Below, piece by piece: positions 50,140-63,109 of a stretch of 64,000 bases of DNA. Origin of the DNA: Octopus sinensis (Eukaryota). The DNA is taken from NCBI RefSeq assembly GCF_006345805.1, contig NC_043021.1:7936001-8000000 (forward strand), read 5' to 3'. A program made the position numbers and the translations under genes. The number at the start of each line of letters is the position of its first letter. Positions within the stretch are counted from its first letter, which is position 1. The notes under the pieces were generated by a model, which was given only the letters and a program-made list of their open reading frames with translations, was not told the origin of the DNA and searched no databases.

Positions 50140-52006
50140 GTTTCATATATTAAAGATTCCGATTGATTTCGTTTTCGTTCCCTCGTTAATCTTGTTTACA
50201 GCACAGCACTCTTGAATGTGTTTCATTCTAAAGAAATAATGTATGGAGCTTTTAATAATGCAAAGAAACAGAATTAACGATTAATTCTCTCTCTTTGCAT
50301 TATAAAGAACTCTTTCCATTATTTTTCATTGTTTCCCTATATCACAATGCTTCAAGTAAACTACCACGTTTTTCTTTGTTTCGTAATGTAAAAAATGTCT
50401 ATTATGTCGTCGATTTCCTTCCATAGTTACGTTTACTGCTCGAATTGCGCACAAACTCGATTATGTTAAAAGTTTCGATTATGTCATCGATTTCCTTCCA
50501 TAGTTAAACTTACTGAACGTCTAACACTCAAACACATTGCAAGGTAGAATAATGTAGTTTTAATGCTGGGTACGTCGTGGCAGATCTTTAATTTTTTCTT
50601 GTTTGTTTACTTATAAAAATGAAAATATACAAAGAAACATTTTATACATTCAGGTGAATGAAAAGTGTGTTTTCCAAATAGAAACCAAATTTTCAGATTT
50701 TGATTAAAATTATCTTGTAGCTTTTACCTCTTCCAGTCGTAAGACTACGGCCATGCTAGAGCACCATCTTTGAAGAATTTTTAGTCAAATGAATCGGCCT
50801 CCCAGTATTTTTAATTTTGTAAAACCTGGTACTTATTCTATCATTCTCTTTTATCGAACCGCTAAGTTATGGAAACGTAAACACCGACTATCAAGTGGTA
50901 GAGGTGGGGGAGGGAAACACACCTACACACAACACATCACACACTCACATACATACATACATATATACATACATACATAATACACACAGACAGACAGACA
51001 GAGTGGTGCAAAAGTAGGTGTACAGTTATGTAAAAAGTAAACGTACAATACTCATTTACTTTTATCAAAAAAATTGAAAGTTACGATAAAAGTATAATCA
51101 CATAGGCGCAGGAGTGACTGTGTGGTAAGTAGCTTGCTTACGAACCACATGGTTCCGGGTTCACTCCCACTGCGTAGCACCTTGGACAAATGTTTTCTAC
51201 TATAGCCTCGGGCCGACCAAAGCCTTGTGAGTGGATTTGGTAGACGGAAACTGGAAGAAGCATATCGTATACATATATATGTATATTCTAATTGACTGGT
51301 CCCCTCCCCCCCCCCAAATTTCGGGCCTTGTGCCGAGAGTAGAAAAGAATATCTTTTCGTAGATTACCAAATATTTTTGGTGTTTTTTTACTGTTCTATA
51401 TTTTGGCACAAGGCTAAAAATTTCAGGGGTTGAAGTAAATTGATTACATCAACCCCAGTGCCCAACTAGTACATACTTTACTGACCCCAAAAGGATGAAA
51501 GGCAAAGCCAACCTTAATGGAATTTGAACTCAGAACATAAAGGCAGGTGAAATGCAACTAAGCATTTTTGTCTGCCATACTAATGGTTATGCCAGCTTGC
51601 CATCCTTTTCTAAGCTATTATTAAGAACTACAAGTACAATAGTTCATATTATGTCACTAACATGACATTGGCACCATATGTGCAAGATGGTTAATTCTTA
51701 GAAGTTTCAGGTCACTTCAGTTAGCAGCAGCCTTCTTTGCACCACCCTCGTCTATCTCACACCATTTCCACCCTCATGTACTTCTGACTTCATCCCTAAC
51801 ACTGTGCATCTCTCTCACATACCACCACCAGCCACTTCACATCATCTTTGCTGTCACTTATAACCTCCCTGCCCCACACCTACATCTTCTCCTCCAACAC
51901 ACACGCACACACACATAGTTCATATTGACAGAAAACAAAAGACAAAGGCAGGTGAGCGAACAACAAGCAGGTGTATTAGTTTAACACTTGGGAAGAATGG
52001 AAAAGT

Positions 52007-52042
52007 CTTTGATTTTTCGTGCCTATGCTCTTTGACAGAAAG
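52007..52042 (-). ncRNA. degenerate hammerhead motif, same element family as 1345-1490
   Basis: CTTT-CTGTCAA-A-GAGC-ATAG-GCAC-GAAA-AA-TC-AAAG, with a shared downstream taatacacctgcttg block. Confidence 0.4.
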
Positions 52043-52169
52043 TATTAAGAGGAAAAAGAAATGGAGAACGAAAAAAAAAACAGAAAGACAAAAAATATGT
52101 AAGGATTAACGGTTCAACATAATGAAATGACCAGAATGAACGAGTGTGTATGTGTGTGTGTGTAAAAGA

Positions 52170-52929
52170 TAAAGACCACCTTTGGTCACAAATGACCGTT
52201 GAATTGCACCTGGAAAGTTATTCTGCAAGGCACAAGTCCAGGCAAGGTTGTTTTTGAAAGACCAGTAGTCGCCCGTGCATACCAGTCTCCCCTCTTCATG
52301 CCATCAATGTTGTGCAAGGGAAAAGCAAAGGCTGATACAGCTTGGCACCAGTGATGTTGCAACCGATAATTTCTACGGATCTTTTCGGTTTGAACGGCAG
52401 TTTTTTAAAATAATTTCCACGTAACTAAACACTTTTAAACTTCGTATACTGGTAGAATGTGTTTATAAAACATCTTTTTCACTTGGCTTTATTGAGAAAA
52501 TTCTATAGTTTGTAAGATATTTGTTGTTTTTTTTCTTCAGTTTCTGCAATTTCAACCAATCAATGACGTCTATTGAGGTGAAAACATTCTGTGCCGTATG
52601 AAACTGTCCCTCGTTTAAGAAACAGGTTGGGTTTATTTACATTTCTGAAGAAAAAAAAGATACCCTTCCCCCCACTCCTAACCCTAAAACAGATTGAAAT
52701 GCAATAGATCGATACTAGGGTCATAATTATGTGTGACAATTTCATATGACACCGCTAGAAAAAACTGCCGTTCAAACCGAACAGATCCATTTCTACAGCT
52801 GAATAAATTGGAGCAACACAAAATAAAGTATCTTGCTCAAGAATGCAACACACAGACTGGTTCAGGAATTGAACTCACAACCCAACGGTTGTAAGTCTAA
52901 CGCTCTAACTAACGAGCCATGCGCCTTCA
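52170..52929 (-). mobile_element. SINE-E (tRNA head, cttgagcaagatactt block, Ceph/RTE-5'-like body) split by a MITE
   Basis: Head gaaggcgcatggctc...gagttcaattcc. Body matches 61625-61955. The domain naming is from memory and unverified. Confidence 0.75.
52377..52788. mobile_element. complete Merlin-like MITE
   Basis: TIRs GGATCTTTTCGGTTTGAACGGCAGTTTTTT / AAAAAACTGCCGTTCAAACCGAACAGATCC, perfect 8-bp TSD atttctac, GG...CC termini. Confidence 0.88.
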
Positions 52930-53692
52930 CACACACATTCTCTATGTTGGTTATAACACATTGCATGAAATTATGGGAATTCATTGTCGCCACTTTCTGT
53001 TTGTATCGCAAATTACTTTCATTTTTATACGACGATAATCTGCATGTGAACCTCTTGTAAGTACTTAACTCGGTGGTTGCCAAACACTGTTATCATAGTG
53101 ATTGTGTGCTATGAAAATAATAAAATATTTTAAAATGAAAAAAATACAAACTGAAATTCTAAATATACTATTAAGTGCAGAGAGAGAGAGAGATGAAAGG
53201 AAGATATGTTCGACATACATCTGAACATAAAAAGTCGCCAAAAGATGTGTTTCTCGTTGATAACTATGTTTCGTGTATTGAATAAACAAGAATTTTATGT
53301 TGTTTAAATTATATTTATAAAATATATATATATATATGAATACCATTTATATATATATATTTACTTTATGCACAAAATGCAGTAAAATATTTTTATATGC
53401 ACTAAAAGCACAATGCAAGCAAAGCAGTTTGGAAACGTTGCCTGTGATGAGGTGATTAAAAGAAGTGGAGAAAGCAACCAAACTAAACGCCTATGTCATG
53501 GGTTCAGAAATATGTCGAATATTGAAATAAAATTGATCATTATCAACAACAATGTCGTCGTCGTTTTAATGTCTTTCTTTTTCCATGCTTGTTTAGGTCA
53601 GACAGAATTGCGCGAGGCAGATTTTCTACGGCCGGTCGCCCCTCTTGTTTCCAGCCTTCGAGTTTATTGAACAAAGAATATTCCGGATTTAA

Positions 53693-54063
53693 AGTGGAGG
53701 CGCAATGGCCCAGTGGTTAGGGCAGCGGATTCGCGGTTTCGATTCCCAGACCGGGCGTTGTGAGTGTTTATTGAGCGAAAACACCTAAAGCTCCACGAGG
53801 CTCCGGCAGGGGATGGTGGTGATCCCTGCTGTACTCTTTCACCACAACTTTCTCTCACTCTTACTTCCTGTTTCTGTTGTACCTGTATTTCAAGGGGCCG
53901 ACCTTGTCACTGTCTGTGTCACGCTGAATATCCCCGAGAACTACGTTAAGGGTACACGTGTCTGTGGAGTGCTCAGCCACTTACACGTTAATTTCACGAG
54001 CAGGCTGTTCCGTTGATCGGATCAACCGGAACCCTCGTCGTCGTAACCGACGGAGTGCTTCCT
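53693..54063 (+). mobile_element. SINE-D, full length, young
   Basis: 14-bp TSD tattccggatttaa. Near-identical to 17215-17582. Confidence 0.92.
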
Positions 54064-54870
54064 TATTCCGGATTTAATTACAAGACTTTAATTTTTTTTT
54101 TCACAAAGATTGCCCAATATGTCAAAACATGAAGAGAAACTTGACATGCTTTTTGTAGTTGACTGCAAGTAAAGGACATTGCTCGTCTTGAGGACCTTAT
54201 CCAATGTGGATGTACTTTATTTTTAAAGATGCCACAGTATAATTTTAGGGAACTTGGCTGCTATTTCTGGCGAGTAGTGCAACCATATAGCAGCTTATAA
54301 ATGGTTCATCATCAAATATTTGTTCCTGGTCGTGTATGTTGAATTACATGGTTCGTTATTAAATATAACCCCCTTGCCCCCTCCTTTTTTCTCCGAACCA
54401 AAACAAGGGATTTGCAGCATATTAGGAGGTCAGAGTACTCGATTCCACGCAAAAAATCGGATTTTTTTCTCTTAGTGAAAATTGTGCGGGTGTTAACCCA
54501 AGATTGGTTTTGAACAGTAAATTCGTGGATGAAAACATTTTGTTCTAATCGAGGCCGGTACTTTGTATATCATTCAGGATGGTAAGGCTATAATGCTTTC
54601 CTTTCAAGATCAGTCTGACAATCAAGATTGAGCTGGAATTAACAACAAACAACTAATGACAAAGAAGAAATCATTTAAAATATAGTGTAGAAGTAAACAC
54701 ATACATTGAACATTTTATTCATTTCTAAAGATGAGGTTAAATAATCTTCCAAAAATGTTAATCTTATTAACAAAATGTATTAAAAACATTTAGAGACAAC
54801 TGCTTATTAACAGAAAAAAAAACGCAACGGGACAGTATGTATTAGTTTAAGCATGGATTTTTAATTCTAA

Positions 54871-55266
54871 CTAGCAGTATCGCCCGGCGTTGCTCGGGTT
54901 TGTAAGGGAAATAACTATATAAGCATTTTTAGAGATGTAAAGTATAATAGCCATCTCAATATGGCTAACCACAAAGGGGGGATGTTACTGTAGCTTTTTA
55001 CGTTCTGAGATTTAATAATAAATTTTTAGAGAGTTACTTCCCTTATATATGCCAAAAATGCATTAAAAATGGGAAAAATTGATGGTAATTTTTTTTTTAA
55101 ACCGTAGACTCATCGTAGACGCGCGCTAATACCCAGAAGGGCTCGATATGAATCATGACTATAAGATACCCGGTTTTGGTTAAACTGGACCGCAAAATGT
55201 GGGAGTAGTTAGGAATCTAAATCGTAGGAGACAGACAGCACACAACCTCACTTTTATATATAAAGA
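54871..55266 (-). mobile_element. non-autonomous Helitron
   Basis: Minus strand starts TCTTTATATATAAAAG and ends with hairpin cccgagcaacgccggg then CTAG. Inserted between A and T with no TSD. Confidence 0.88.
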
Positions 55267-55474
55267 TATCTTTGTTATGACTTTGAAAATAATAAAATAA
55301 AAGTCTTCAGGGTATTGTCTTTAAACAGGCAAATAATAAGGGCTGCCACTCAAGAACCCAAATGCTGAAGCTGAGACAGATACTAACCAAGTGTCTCTAA
55401 TAATTCCACTAATTCATAGATATGGACTAGACTTTATTTCAATGACCCTAGAAGAATTGAATGTAAAGTTAATA

Positions 55475-57366
55475 TTGGGTTGTCAAATAAATTCGTAATT
55501 CCAGTGTTATGTGAATTAATACAAAAAGTATTTTTATCGAAATGTTTTAGGTTTTTATGTGACTGTTTTCCATCTACAACTTTCGTTTATCGTTTTTGAA
55601 ATTTCAGACATGATGTTGGAGTGCCAAGTAGAAAAAAAAAAACGACCATTTTTGACACTGCTTCTCTTTGCTTTCAATAAAGGTTTCAAAGCTGTCAAAA
55701 CCATTCCAAGACGTGTGTGTTGTGTATGGAGAAAGTGCTTATGAGTGAAATAACTTCACAGAAATAATTTTTCACGTTCCAAGGAGGAAAAATTTGGCTT
55801 CGCAGACTCTCCACGTTCCAGCCAACCTGTTTAATACTATGAAGATTGATCGAACAAACTCTTCCACAAGGATCTGTGCCAATCCACTCGGGAACCGGCC
55901 CAGCAGATGGGTTGTTGATGCCGTCACCCATCACTTTCCTTCCGTTGATGAAACTCGGTGCACGAGTGCCACATGCTCTGATCAAAAGAAACACCACTAT
56001 CGCCGACAGTCTACTTGCTCGATGCCAGGCCACACGCGAACACAAACGGACTTCTTTGCCGCATTATCATTGGTGATGAAAACTGGTGTCTTTACCTCAA
56101 TATGAATCAGAGGGGAAAAATAACTGAGTTCCAACAAGCAACACCTCGTGCCAAGCCACAGATGTTGCCTCACAAAACAATGATCTACATTTGGTGGATT
56201 GGGAAGGTTTAATCTACTATGAAATGCTTGAAAAAAAAACCAAAAAAACTAATCAACGCAGAGCTTTACATTCTGTAAATGTACCAGCTTATCAATCCTG
56301 CTAAAACGACTTGACCGACGGCATGACATGCTTCTTCAATATGACAATATTCATCTAAGATGGCGAGCTAGCAGAATCGTTAGCGCACCGGGCTAAATGC
56401 TTAGCGGTATTTCGTCTGCCGCAACGTTCTGAGTTCAAATTCCGCCGAGGTCGACTTTGCCTTTCATCCTTTCGGGATCGATTAAATAAGTACCTATTTC
56501 TTTACTACCCACAAGGGGCCAAGCACAGAGAGGACAGACAAACGGATTAAGTCGATTATATTGACCCCAGTGCGTAACTGGTACTTATTTATCGACCCCG
56601 AAAGGATGAAAGGCAAAGTCGACCTCGGCGGAACGTAGCGGCAGACGAAATACCGCTAAGCATTTCGCCCGGCGTGCTAACGTTTCTGCCAGCTCGCCGC
56701 TTTCGATTAAATAAGTACCAGTTAAGCACTGGGGTCGATATGATCGACTTAATCTGTTTGTCTGTCCTTGTTTGTCCCCTCTATGTGTAGCCCCTTGTGG
56801 GCAGTAAAGAAATACGAATCGTTAGCGCACCGGGCTAAATGCTTAGTGGCACTTTGTCTGTCTTTCTGAGTTCAAATTCCGCCAAGGTCAACTTTGCCTT
56901 TCATCCTTTTGGAACCGATAAAAGAAGTACCAGTTGAACACTGGAGTCGAAGTAATCGATTTACCCCTTCCTCCGAAATCGCTAGTCTTGTGCCAAAATT
57001 CAATATCAGTATGACAATACTCGTCCCCCACATCGCTAATTTCACCTAAAATGTTATTCAAGAGCCTGGCTGGGTAGTTCTGCCATACAAACCATATTCT
57101 CCTGATATAGCACCTTCAGATTTTCACCTTTTCCAGTCGCTCTTCAACAGTCTGCAAGGTGTTTTGTTCAACAACAATGAAGAATTGAAAACGTGGCAAA
57201 ATGAATTCTTCGAGTCAAAGCCTGGAGATTTTTGCCGTCAAAGCATTGACAAGCTAGTGAAACATTGGCGAGAAGTCATGAACAACGAAGAATATATTAT
57301 TGATTGATTTGTCAAAATTGATGATTAAAATAAATGGGGGGAAAACGAATTTGTTTGACAACTTAA
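55475..57366 (+). mobile_element. full-length degenerate mariner (DD34D) with a nested SINE-B cluster at about 56360-57005
   Basis: TIRs ttgggttgtcaaataaattcgt / acgaatttgtttgacaacttaa, TA TSD. Motifs ARVPHAL, RIIIGDENWCLY, YDN, PYSPDIAPSDFHLFQSL. Confidence 0.9.
56360..57005. mobile_element. nest of three SINE-B-type copies; one (56495-56700, -) is inverted inside another
   Basis: 17-bp TSD tcgattaaataagtacc around the inverted copy. Duplicated head segment gaatcgttagcgcaccgggctaaatgcttag. Confidence 0.85.
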
Positions 57367-57746
57367 TAACCCTAAAAAGATGTTAATCTTTTAAACAAAA
57401 TGTACTTCAGACATTTAGAGATAACGTGTTCATAAATAGATAATGAGAAGATATTTATTCATTTAAACATAGATGTTTTAATTTTGATTTTTACTATGAC
57501 ATGGAAAATAATAATTAAAAAACAAACGGCCTCCAAGGGTTGTCTGGAAATAGGCGAATACTTAAGTATACTATACAAGAACTGAAATGCAAGAATAGGA
57601 ACAAATGCGACCGAGTGTCCCTGACAGTTTGACAATTCTACTAATTCATAGCTGTTACTTTATTTGATCAACCCTGAAAGTATGAAAGGTAACATTGACC
57701 TTGGCCCGATTTTAACTCAGGCCTCAAAGAATCAGAACAAATACCT

Positions 57747-57890
57747 ATTTCTTTATTACCCACAAGGGGCTAAACAGAGGGGACAAACAAGGACAGACAT
57801 AGGTATTAAGTCGATTACATCGATCCCAGTGCGTAACTGGTACTTAATTTATCGACCCCGGAAGGATGAAAGGCAAAGTCGACCTCGGCG
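57747..57890 (-). mobile_element. 5'-truncated SINE-B
   Basis: Family match. Confidence 0.85.
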
Positions 57891-59109
57891 TACGCGTCCT
57901 ACCTTCTGATGACTGCCAGTTTGCTGTACAGTGTAAATTTGAGAGAAATATGGCTGCTATCTCTAGCAGAACAAGCAACCATGTTGAGGTTCTCGTGTTG
58001 GTTCAATGTACGAGCGTGTATATATGTGTGTATGTATGTAACAGTTGTTACTCTATGGGCGTGTTGAACCGTTACAATAAGGTGAACGAGAGTATTGTTT
58101 TAGGATATAACGTGTGTTAAACTAGCACTGTATGGTTTTTAATAAATAGAGCATAAAAGTGAAATAGAAATAAAGATCGCCAAAATGATATACAAGTGTA
58201 TTTATAGCACATTGTAATTATGTATGTGTATACGCGTGTTTATGTGTGTGTATGTGTGTGTGCTTATGTCAACGTATATGTGTGAAAGCTAGTAACATAT
58301 AGTTATTGAAATATGCTAAACTTGGAATATCGTTTTATAAAATAAATGCAATATGTTTGAATGTTTAAATACGTACTTTAATATAAATATTGTTTGGAAT
58401 TATTTGAAATTGATATTAAACAATATCGCAGAGAGAAAAAATTCCTCGGGGGGCGTATTCTGCATATGAAATTCAAATATGATCGCTTCTAACATGTTGA
58501 AAAACTGCAACTCAAACTATCCTTGCAATTAGTAGGTAAAAATTCGCTGAAGCGTTAAAAATATATCAATAAATAAAACAAACAAAGGAAGATAATTATA
58601 ATAGGATCAGCCAATTGGAAAGGATATCTTTAAAACCAACTGGTAAAAGGAACAAATGTATTTTTAGCAGCCCAACATATATATATGTGTGTGTGATTTC
58701 AGAACTCATTAATGTATAATTTTATTACATATACAACACGTATGTATATGATACATGTATAGTACAAAAGAAAGAAAGAAAGAAAACTTCAATTCAACAC
58801 TAGGCGTTTCAGTTGGTTGCAGACCAGAAGGTTCAATGGAACCTACTGAAGCAAGCCAGCACGCTTGTGGCATTACCATTAGCAATGACGAGGCAAAGGC
58901 AGGGGTAAAGCAAAGCACCCTCACGGGCATCACTTGACTCCCTGGTGAGGCAAGCTGCCAACTATGACAACAACTTCACCGTTAGTGGCTCAATCCACCC
59001 ATGCATGCATGTATGTATGTCTTTGTGTTGTCTGTCCCCCAAGACCATTTGACTGTTGGTGTTGGTTTGTTTACATCCCTGTTACTTAGTAGTTCAGTAA
59101 AAGAGATTA

Positions 59110-59528
59110 TATTTCTTTATTGCCCACAAGGGGCTAAACACAGAAGGGACAAACAAGGATAGACAAAGGGATCAAGTCGATTACATCGACCCCAGTGCGT
59201 AACTGGTACTTATTTAATCAACCCCGAAAGGATGAAAGGCAAAGTTAACCTCGGCGTAATCTGAACTCAGAACATAGCAGCAGACGAAATACTTATTTCT
59301 TTACTACCCACAAGGGGCTAAACATAGAGGGGACAAACAAGGACAGACATAGGTATTAAGTCGATTACATCGACCCCAGTGCGTAACTGGTGCTTAATTT
59401 ATTGACCCCCCCGAAAGGATGAAAGGCAAAGTCGACCTTGGCGGAATTTGAACTCAGAACGTAACGGCAGACGAAATACTGCAAAGCATTTCGCCCGGCG
59501 TGCTAACAATTCTGCCAGCTCGCCACCT
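59110..59528 (-). mobile_element. SINE-B dimer inserted in an older SINE-A
   Basis: Second unit restarts at (a)gtatttcgtctgc. Flanked by taaaagagatta direct repeat. Confidence 0.88.
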
Positions 59529-59649
59529 TTTAAAAGAGATTAATAGAATAAGTACTGGGGTTGATTTGTTCAACTAAACTCTTCAGGCTAGTGCTCCAGT
59601 ATGGCCACTGTCCAATGACTGAAACAAGTAAAAGATAAAAGATACCAAG

Positions 59650-60070
59650 TCTGGATGCAACTGCAGTACCCATGGCCTTAGCAGCATCCCACCTCACATA
59701 TTCCAAGATTGGTTGGACTGATGCCTTGGATATTTCTATTGAATCTTTGTATATCAACACTCACAGAAAGGACACGGGCAGGAAATGAATGCCAGAAGGC
59801 AGATGTTCTGGGAAGGAAGAACTGAGTGAAGTGATTAGAGTGGAGCCTAGGCTATGAGATGGACTCAAAAGAGTAATGACAGGAGGAAAGATGAGTAAGT
59901 GTGGAGTGCCTGGGTGGAGGTGGTGTGAGCCTCAAGAGCCCAGTTGGCTCTGAGGAGCAGAGGGCATTAGGGTAGCTGTAGAAAAGGCAGAGAAGATAAT
60001 ACTCTTGTGTATCTGTGAATGATTTTATGCCAGACAATCAAATGGTCCTTTTCTGGATGTGATATAGGAT
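59650..60070 (-). mobile_element. rearranged fragments of a CR1/Jockey-group LINE ORF2 C-terminus
   Basis: LYHIQKRTI, LCLFYSYPNALCSSE and FLPRTSAFWHSFPARVL, plus an out-of-order KASVQPILEY segment. Confidence 0.65.
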
Positions 60071-60702
60071 GTTGTGGGGCTGAGGTAGGCCAGAAGTATA
60101 ACACAAACGGCTGAGGGGTCTTGTTGGAATGAGGGAAGCAAGAAAGTTCAAGTGAGTGGAGAAAGAGGCTTCTTTTGCCTCGGGGCCGTAACTCAAGATG
60201 AACATGGTGGCCATGTGAATTCAGGGAATTTGTTGTTAGGTTCTGGTCAGAAATTAAGTGGATAGGGATCTGATGGATATAGCCACCTGATAAGGATTGA
60301 CATTATGAAAGGGGGTGAATTATGCCTTTTTTCCCCATACCATGGATGCCTCTGTGTAACAGCGGTAGCACCATCCCAGTAGGGTTAGGGTTAGGGTAGG
60401 GAGCCAAGTGAGTGGCAACCTGAAAAAGTTTGGGAACCACTGGGGTAGAGGATGATTGACCCCCACAGTTAAAACTTCTGTGGATCTGTATGTGCCTATG
60501 TGGGCCAATGCAAGATCCACAAGTTCAATTGCAGATCAAGCATTTGTTGTCTCATGGGAGAGAAGTGCTACTGTTGCTTCATTCATTCTGCTTTCCAAGA
60601 TCATCGTTGTTATTTGAGATGTTTGGTTTATACTGTTTCACATATATGTTTGTGTGTGTGTGAGTCAGCAACTTAACATTAGAAAATGAACTTGTGCATT
60701 AC

Positions 60703-61109
60703 ACTTTACTCTTTACTCCTTTACTTGTTTCAGTCATTTGACTGCGGCCATGCTGGAGCACCGCCTTTAGTCGAGCAAATCGACCCCGGGACTTATTCTT
60801 TGTAAGCCCAGTACTTATTCTATCGGTCTCTTTTGCTGAACCGCTAAGTGACGGGGACGTAAACACACCAGCATCGGTTGTCAAGCAATACTAGGGGACA
60901 AACACAGACACACAATCACACACATATATATATATATACATATATACGACAGGCTTCTTTCAGTTTCCGTCTACCAAATCCACTCACAAGGCATTGGTCG
61001 GCCCGAGGCTATAGCAGAAGACACTTGCCCAAGATGCCACGCAGTGGGACTGAACCCGCAACCATGTGGTTGGTTAGCAAGCTACTTACTACACAGCCAC
61101 TCCTGCGCC
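60703..61109 (-). mobile_element. SINE-A, young
   Basis: Full-length family match. Confidence 0.92.
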
Positions 61110-61315
61110 TATTGTATTTCTTTATGAGTAGAATTAACTTGTGTTATCAAATTACAATAAACTAATTTTATGTGCATAAAACTGAAAATAGAAAACATGC
61201 ATCTGTAATGTATGAACAAGCACACACACACACACATACACACACACACACACAAATACAAACACACATACAAATGTGCATACACATATATACACGTATT
61301 CATTTGTTCGTTTAA

Positions 61316-61536
61316 CCCTGTTGATACCAAACCCGCCTGAAACTGCCTGTGGCTCTGTAGTACAAATGTCTTGTTTCCAAAAGTTCTGAATTAAAATCTT
61401 CCATCAAACCTTAATCACAATTTGTGCTCCTAACACTAGCTTAATGATAACTAAGTTATTTTACTAAATTCTTTGTTATATTTAAAATTAATTGAAAGAA
61501 ACAGAATATCTCAACAGAAATATGGTAACAAAAAGG
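61316..61536. mobile_element. piggyBac-like MITE, family 2
   Basis: TTAA on both sides. Reverse complement of 45115-45335. Confidence 0.8.
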
Positions 61537-61571
61537 TTAAGTTAATTTTTCCATGCTAGCATTTGTTAGAT

Positions 61572-62621
61572 CAGTGCTTCTCAACTGGAGCCCATATGAC
61601 TCTTGAGTAAAAAAAGCTAAAAACCCCCTTCAGTCATGAATCAACATGGGATTGATTGCACCAAGAACGTTGCCCTCTGAGGCACAAGTCTGGGCAAGGT
61701 TGTTTGTGGAAGACCTGCAGTTGGCCATGCATACCAGCCTTCCCTCTCCACACCACTGATGTTATCCAAGGGAATGGCAAAGGGGCCAATACAGCTTGGC
61801 ACCAGTGACATCGCAACTCACTTCTACTGCTGAGTGAACTGGAGCAACATGAACAAAAAATGTCTTACTCAAGGATACAACACCCAAGTCGGTCCAGGAA
61901 TCGAACTCACTACCTCATGATTGTGAGCCTAAAGCTCTAACCACTGAGCCATGCACTCTAACCACTGAGCCATGCACTCTAGCCACTGAGCCATGCGCTC
62001 TAACTACTGAGCCATGCACTCTAACCACTGAGGCATGCGCTCTAGCCACTGATCCATGCGCTCTAGCCACTGAGCCATGAGCCTGGGGAGAGGGGACAAA
62101 TAAGATTTTCTGGGATCCACATTAGCAAAATGATGATTTGGGTCTGCAGTGTTATTAAATAATAATAATAATGAAATTATTGTATACAGTGCTCAGGTGC
62201 GCCACAACTTGTCAGAAAGTGCGTATAAAGTATATGCAGTAATGTACAATGTCTGGAAAGCGAACATTGTATGAGTCAGATACATGCTTGCGTGTGTATG
62301 GAGGGGAGAAAATCAGGTGTAGTGTTGGCGAATCTCAGAAAGCATGGAAGTTTTGAAGGATGCAGTGCTCTGACAACTGGGGATTCTAAGGGTCATTGAA
62401 AAAATTTTGCTGGAGATGTATTTATAGCAAGGAACAGCTAGGTTTCTTTCTCTAACGTTATACATAGTTTAACCTGCACAAGTGTTTGCGTGATGAACAA
62501 AATTGTTGTTTTGAAAGAAGTCTCTATAAAATTAGTTTTTAAGCACTGAATGGGGTTCACCAGAATAAAATAGTAATCAAAGGGATCTGTAGCTGAAAAA
62601 CAAAATGGTTGAGAACCACTG
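61572..62621. mobile_element. old hAT MITE with nested SINE-E (61625-61955, -), 21-bp array and CR1 3' end (62158-62378, -)
   Basis: TIRs CAGTGCTTCTCAAC / GTTGAGAACCACTG, TSD eroded. The CR1 piece matches 49345-49570. Confidence 0.7.
61935..62081 (-). repeat. 7 x 21-bp tandem repeat of the SINE-E A-box segment
   Basis: Unit ctctaaccactgagccatgca; its reverse complement tgcatggctcagtggttagag contains TGGCTCAGTGG. Confidence 0.92.
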
Positions 62622-63109
62622 GGTGAGGTGAATATATTATTGAGACATATGTTGTTTTACACCCAAATGCTCTTCCCCGACACTAACTTTGACCCGTTTC
62701 CCAAATAAATGATTTCTTACTCCACATGTCTTTGAAGGCATGAAGCAAGTAGGCAGTCTTTTGACAGGAGGAACGACAACAACAACACCACTCACAGCAA
62801 GTAATTTTTGTAGAGCTCAAAAGGTAAACAAACATATGCATGCACACACACACACACAGACGTGTGTATGTATGTATGCATGTATTTATGTGTGTATGTA
62901 TGTAAGTATGTATGTATGTATGTGTGTGTATATATATATATATATATATAAAATAAAATAAATATAAGAGAGTGGTCACTATATGGCTCACTCTAGCACC
63001 AGTTAATCCAAAAGGTTTCAACCACAAAAATACATGTTTCCCATGAAAGTCAGTACGATTGTTAGCTCACACGGACAGGGCAAATAAAAAATAACAAAAA
63101 TACAGATTA

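Noticed and set aside
53693-53760. tRNA genes at A/B-box sites
   Set aside because: All A/B boxes are SINE heads without a complete cloverleaf and run on into SINE bodies.
58755-58975. GC-richer block with short open frames (GVSVGCRPEGSMEPTEASQHACG...)
   Set aside because: No recognisable protein or repeat family; cannot distinguish an exon from an old repeat.
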